Source of the DNA: Balamuthia mandrillaris | Lineage: Eukaryota | NCBI GenBank assembly: GCA_031835245.2 | Contig: JAVKOQ020000008.1 | Span: 62,001-126,000 of the forward strand | Length of the DNA stretch: 64,000 nucleotides | Direction of reading: 5' to 3' | Shown: one piece after another, positions 62,387 to 64,000 of the stretch | How positions within the stretch are numbered: the first letter of the stretch is position 1 | How the letters are laid out: every line of letters begins with the position of its first letter | Position numbers and translations under genes: made by a program | Notes under the pieces: model-generated | What the model saw: the letters and a program-made list of their open reading frames with translations, nothing else | The model's database searches: none | Told to the model about the DNA's origin: nothing

Positions 62387-64000
62387 TCAGAATCCTGTGG
62401 GGCGTTTCCTGGGTGCACGTCCGGATGCTTGTGACGATGATGCCCTGCTGCTCTTCCTCCCGATGGTCGGAATCGGGGTGGATGAGGTGGATGAGGCAGA
62501 GGAGGAAGTTGAAAGCTGTGGTTGTGAAGAAGAAGAAGGAGAAGCAGTGGCTGATATCCTTGGTCTCTTTCGCGAAGAAGAGGAAGAAGAGGAAGAAGAC
62601 GATCGAATCTTTGGAATGGCACCACTTTGTTGAGAAGGAGAAGGTGAAGCGACAGAAGCAGCAGGAGCAGCAGAAGGAAACAGGCGAAATGATGAAGAAC
62701 CTCTTTCCTCCTCCTCGTCTTCCTCTTCATCGCCAAACATTGGTTGTGATTGTGATTGTGAGAAAAAAGAAGACGAAAAGGCAGACCAATCGATCTGCGA
62801 AGAAGACGAAGCGTCAATATCTTCTCTCCTTTCCTCTTCTCTTTCCTCTGCTTTTCTTCCTTTGTCTTCCACTACAATCATCGGTTGCTGAAGTTTGGAT
62901 AGATGAGCAAACGCAGAGGAAAAGAGCGGATTAATGCGACGTTTCTCCAAAGAGGTGAAGAACTGAAGTTGTCCTTGTTTCCAACTCTGTGCCAATTCAT
63001 CCAATCTCTGGTCATATATCGCTAATCTCTCTTCTCTCTCACTCTTGTACTTTTTCTTACGTTTCGTTGTGGTGTCTAATGTTGTGGTTGTTAACGGAGG
63101 TACAGGAACAGAAGAAGGAGCATCAGTCGAAAGAGAGAGTGCCTGAGAAGAAAGTTGAATTGGGGAGAAGAAGGAATCGTCCACATTGTTGCTTTTGCTG
63201 GTGTTGTCTCCCGTTGTCAGCGATGGAAGCGAGGCAGCGATGGAGGCAGCAATTCTTTGCGACTGAGTTTGTCTTTCTTGTTCTTGTGGTCCTTCTTTGT
63301 TTTGTGTTGTTGTTGCTGCTGTTTCTGAGAGTTTGTCTCGCAAAGAAACAAAGAGATGGCTGTAAAGCAACCGCTCATGGTCCAAATGGTTAATCCTCTC
63401 TTTCTCATCAAACTCGTTGAATATATGTAAGCGCGAGAATGGCAGCGAGTAGAATACAGTCTCATCCATTGCTCTTGCTTTTTTCAGCCTTTTACGTAAC
63501 TTCTTCTTTTCTTCATCGTCCTCATTATCTTGTGTTGTCGTTGAAGCAGAAACAGAAGTAGACGCAGAGGATGAAGAGGGTTCAATAGTAGAAAAATGCA
63601 GGAGTGAAGAAGGATCTGAAAGTGACGACACGGAAGAACAAACGGGCAATACAGTAGGAAAGTTCGTTGCCCCAACACGATGTGAAAAGATGGAGAGTGC
63701 AGTGCCATCGCTCTCTACGAGAGGCTCTCTCGGCGTGCGTAAAAACCGGAAGAGAGCTTTCCTCTTCGTTTCAGCCACTGAAAGTCCGCATTCCTTCTGC
63801 AAAAAGTATTGAATCTCATCGACCGTTTGAGGTTTTTCTTTTAAGAAGATGAGAATCTTGTAGAGATTCTCCTCTAACACTTGCTCACGTTGTCTTCTCC
63901 TTGCCAAATGTCGTTGTCGTTTAATTTCCTCTTTCTCAAGTATCTCTTTTCCCTTTTCATTATCTGTTACTAGTTCTTTTTCTGTCTCGTTGTTTGTTTC
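62387..64000 (-). CDS. Hypothetical Ser-rich protein, 5' partial
   Basis: Frame is open from the window edge to the stop at 62387 (more than 530 codons), with globular-looking patches (LYKILIFLKEKPQTVDEIQYFL; YSLPFSRLHIF). Confidence 0.65.
   Translation of the reverse strand, partial: ETNNETEKELVTDNEKGKEILEKEEIKRQRHLARRRQREQVLEENLYKILIFLKEKPQTVDEIQYFLQKECGLSVAETKRKALFRFLRTPREPLVESDGTALSIFSHRVGATNFPTVLPVCSSVSSLSDPSSLLHFSTIEPSSSSASTSVSASTTTQDNEDDEEKKKLRKRLKKARAMDETVFYSLPFSRLHIFNEFDEKERINHLDHERLLYSHLFVSLRDKLSETAATTTQNKEGPQEQERQTQSQRIAASIAASLPSLTTGDNTSKSNNVDDSFFSPIQLSSQALSLSTDAPSSVPVPPLTTTTLDTTTKRKKKYKSEREERLAIYDQRLDELAQSWKQGQLQFFTSLEKRRINPLFSSAFAHLSKLQQPMIVVEDKGRKAEEREEERREDIDASSSSQIDWSAFSSSFFSQSQSQPMFGDEEEDEEEERGSSSFRLFPSAAPAASVASPSPSQQSGAIPKIRSSSSSSSSSSRKRPRISATASPSSSSQPQLSTSSSASSTSSTPIPTIGRKSSRASSSQASGRAPRKRPTGF

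Overview
Gene-dense eukaryotic DNA with many short GT-AG introns filled with (TC)n/(TTC)n microsatellites. Gene content and style suggest a free-living amoeba (Amoebozoa, Balamuthia/Acanthamoeba-like); this is inference. About 18 protein genes: a membrane-anchored E/R/K-repeat rod, GRAM-TBC RabGAP, RasGEF, PIG-W/GWT1, PP2C, two tandem Cdc123/R2K-type ATP-grasp genes, a secreted reprolysin-type metalloprotease, a double-PHD chromatin protein, an SLC17/sialin-like MFS transporter, an Sds3-like protein, DUF599, two F-box+ankyrin genes, two NT-C2/coiled-coil/DIL paralogs, Nup188, GATD1 and a partial orphan ORF. Main discoveries: (1) the PHD protein, once spliced, appears to carry the SPOC-DomII-PIN module of TASOR (HUSH) and Chp1 (RITS), making it a candidate amoebal silencing scaffold that uses PHD readers; (2) both ATP-grasp paralogs begin with a WH2/actobindin-like actin-binding motif, suggesting actin-directed ligases; (3) a palindromic GTCGAC motif clusters in promoter regions, including within hairpin-ended tandem repeats. 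Domain calls come from motif recognition by eye, and exon boundaries are manual estimates.
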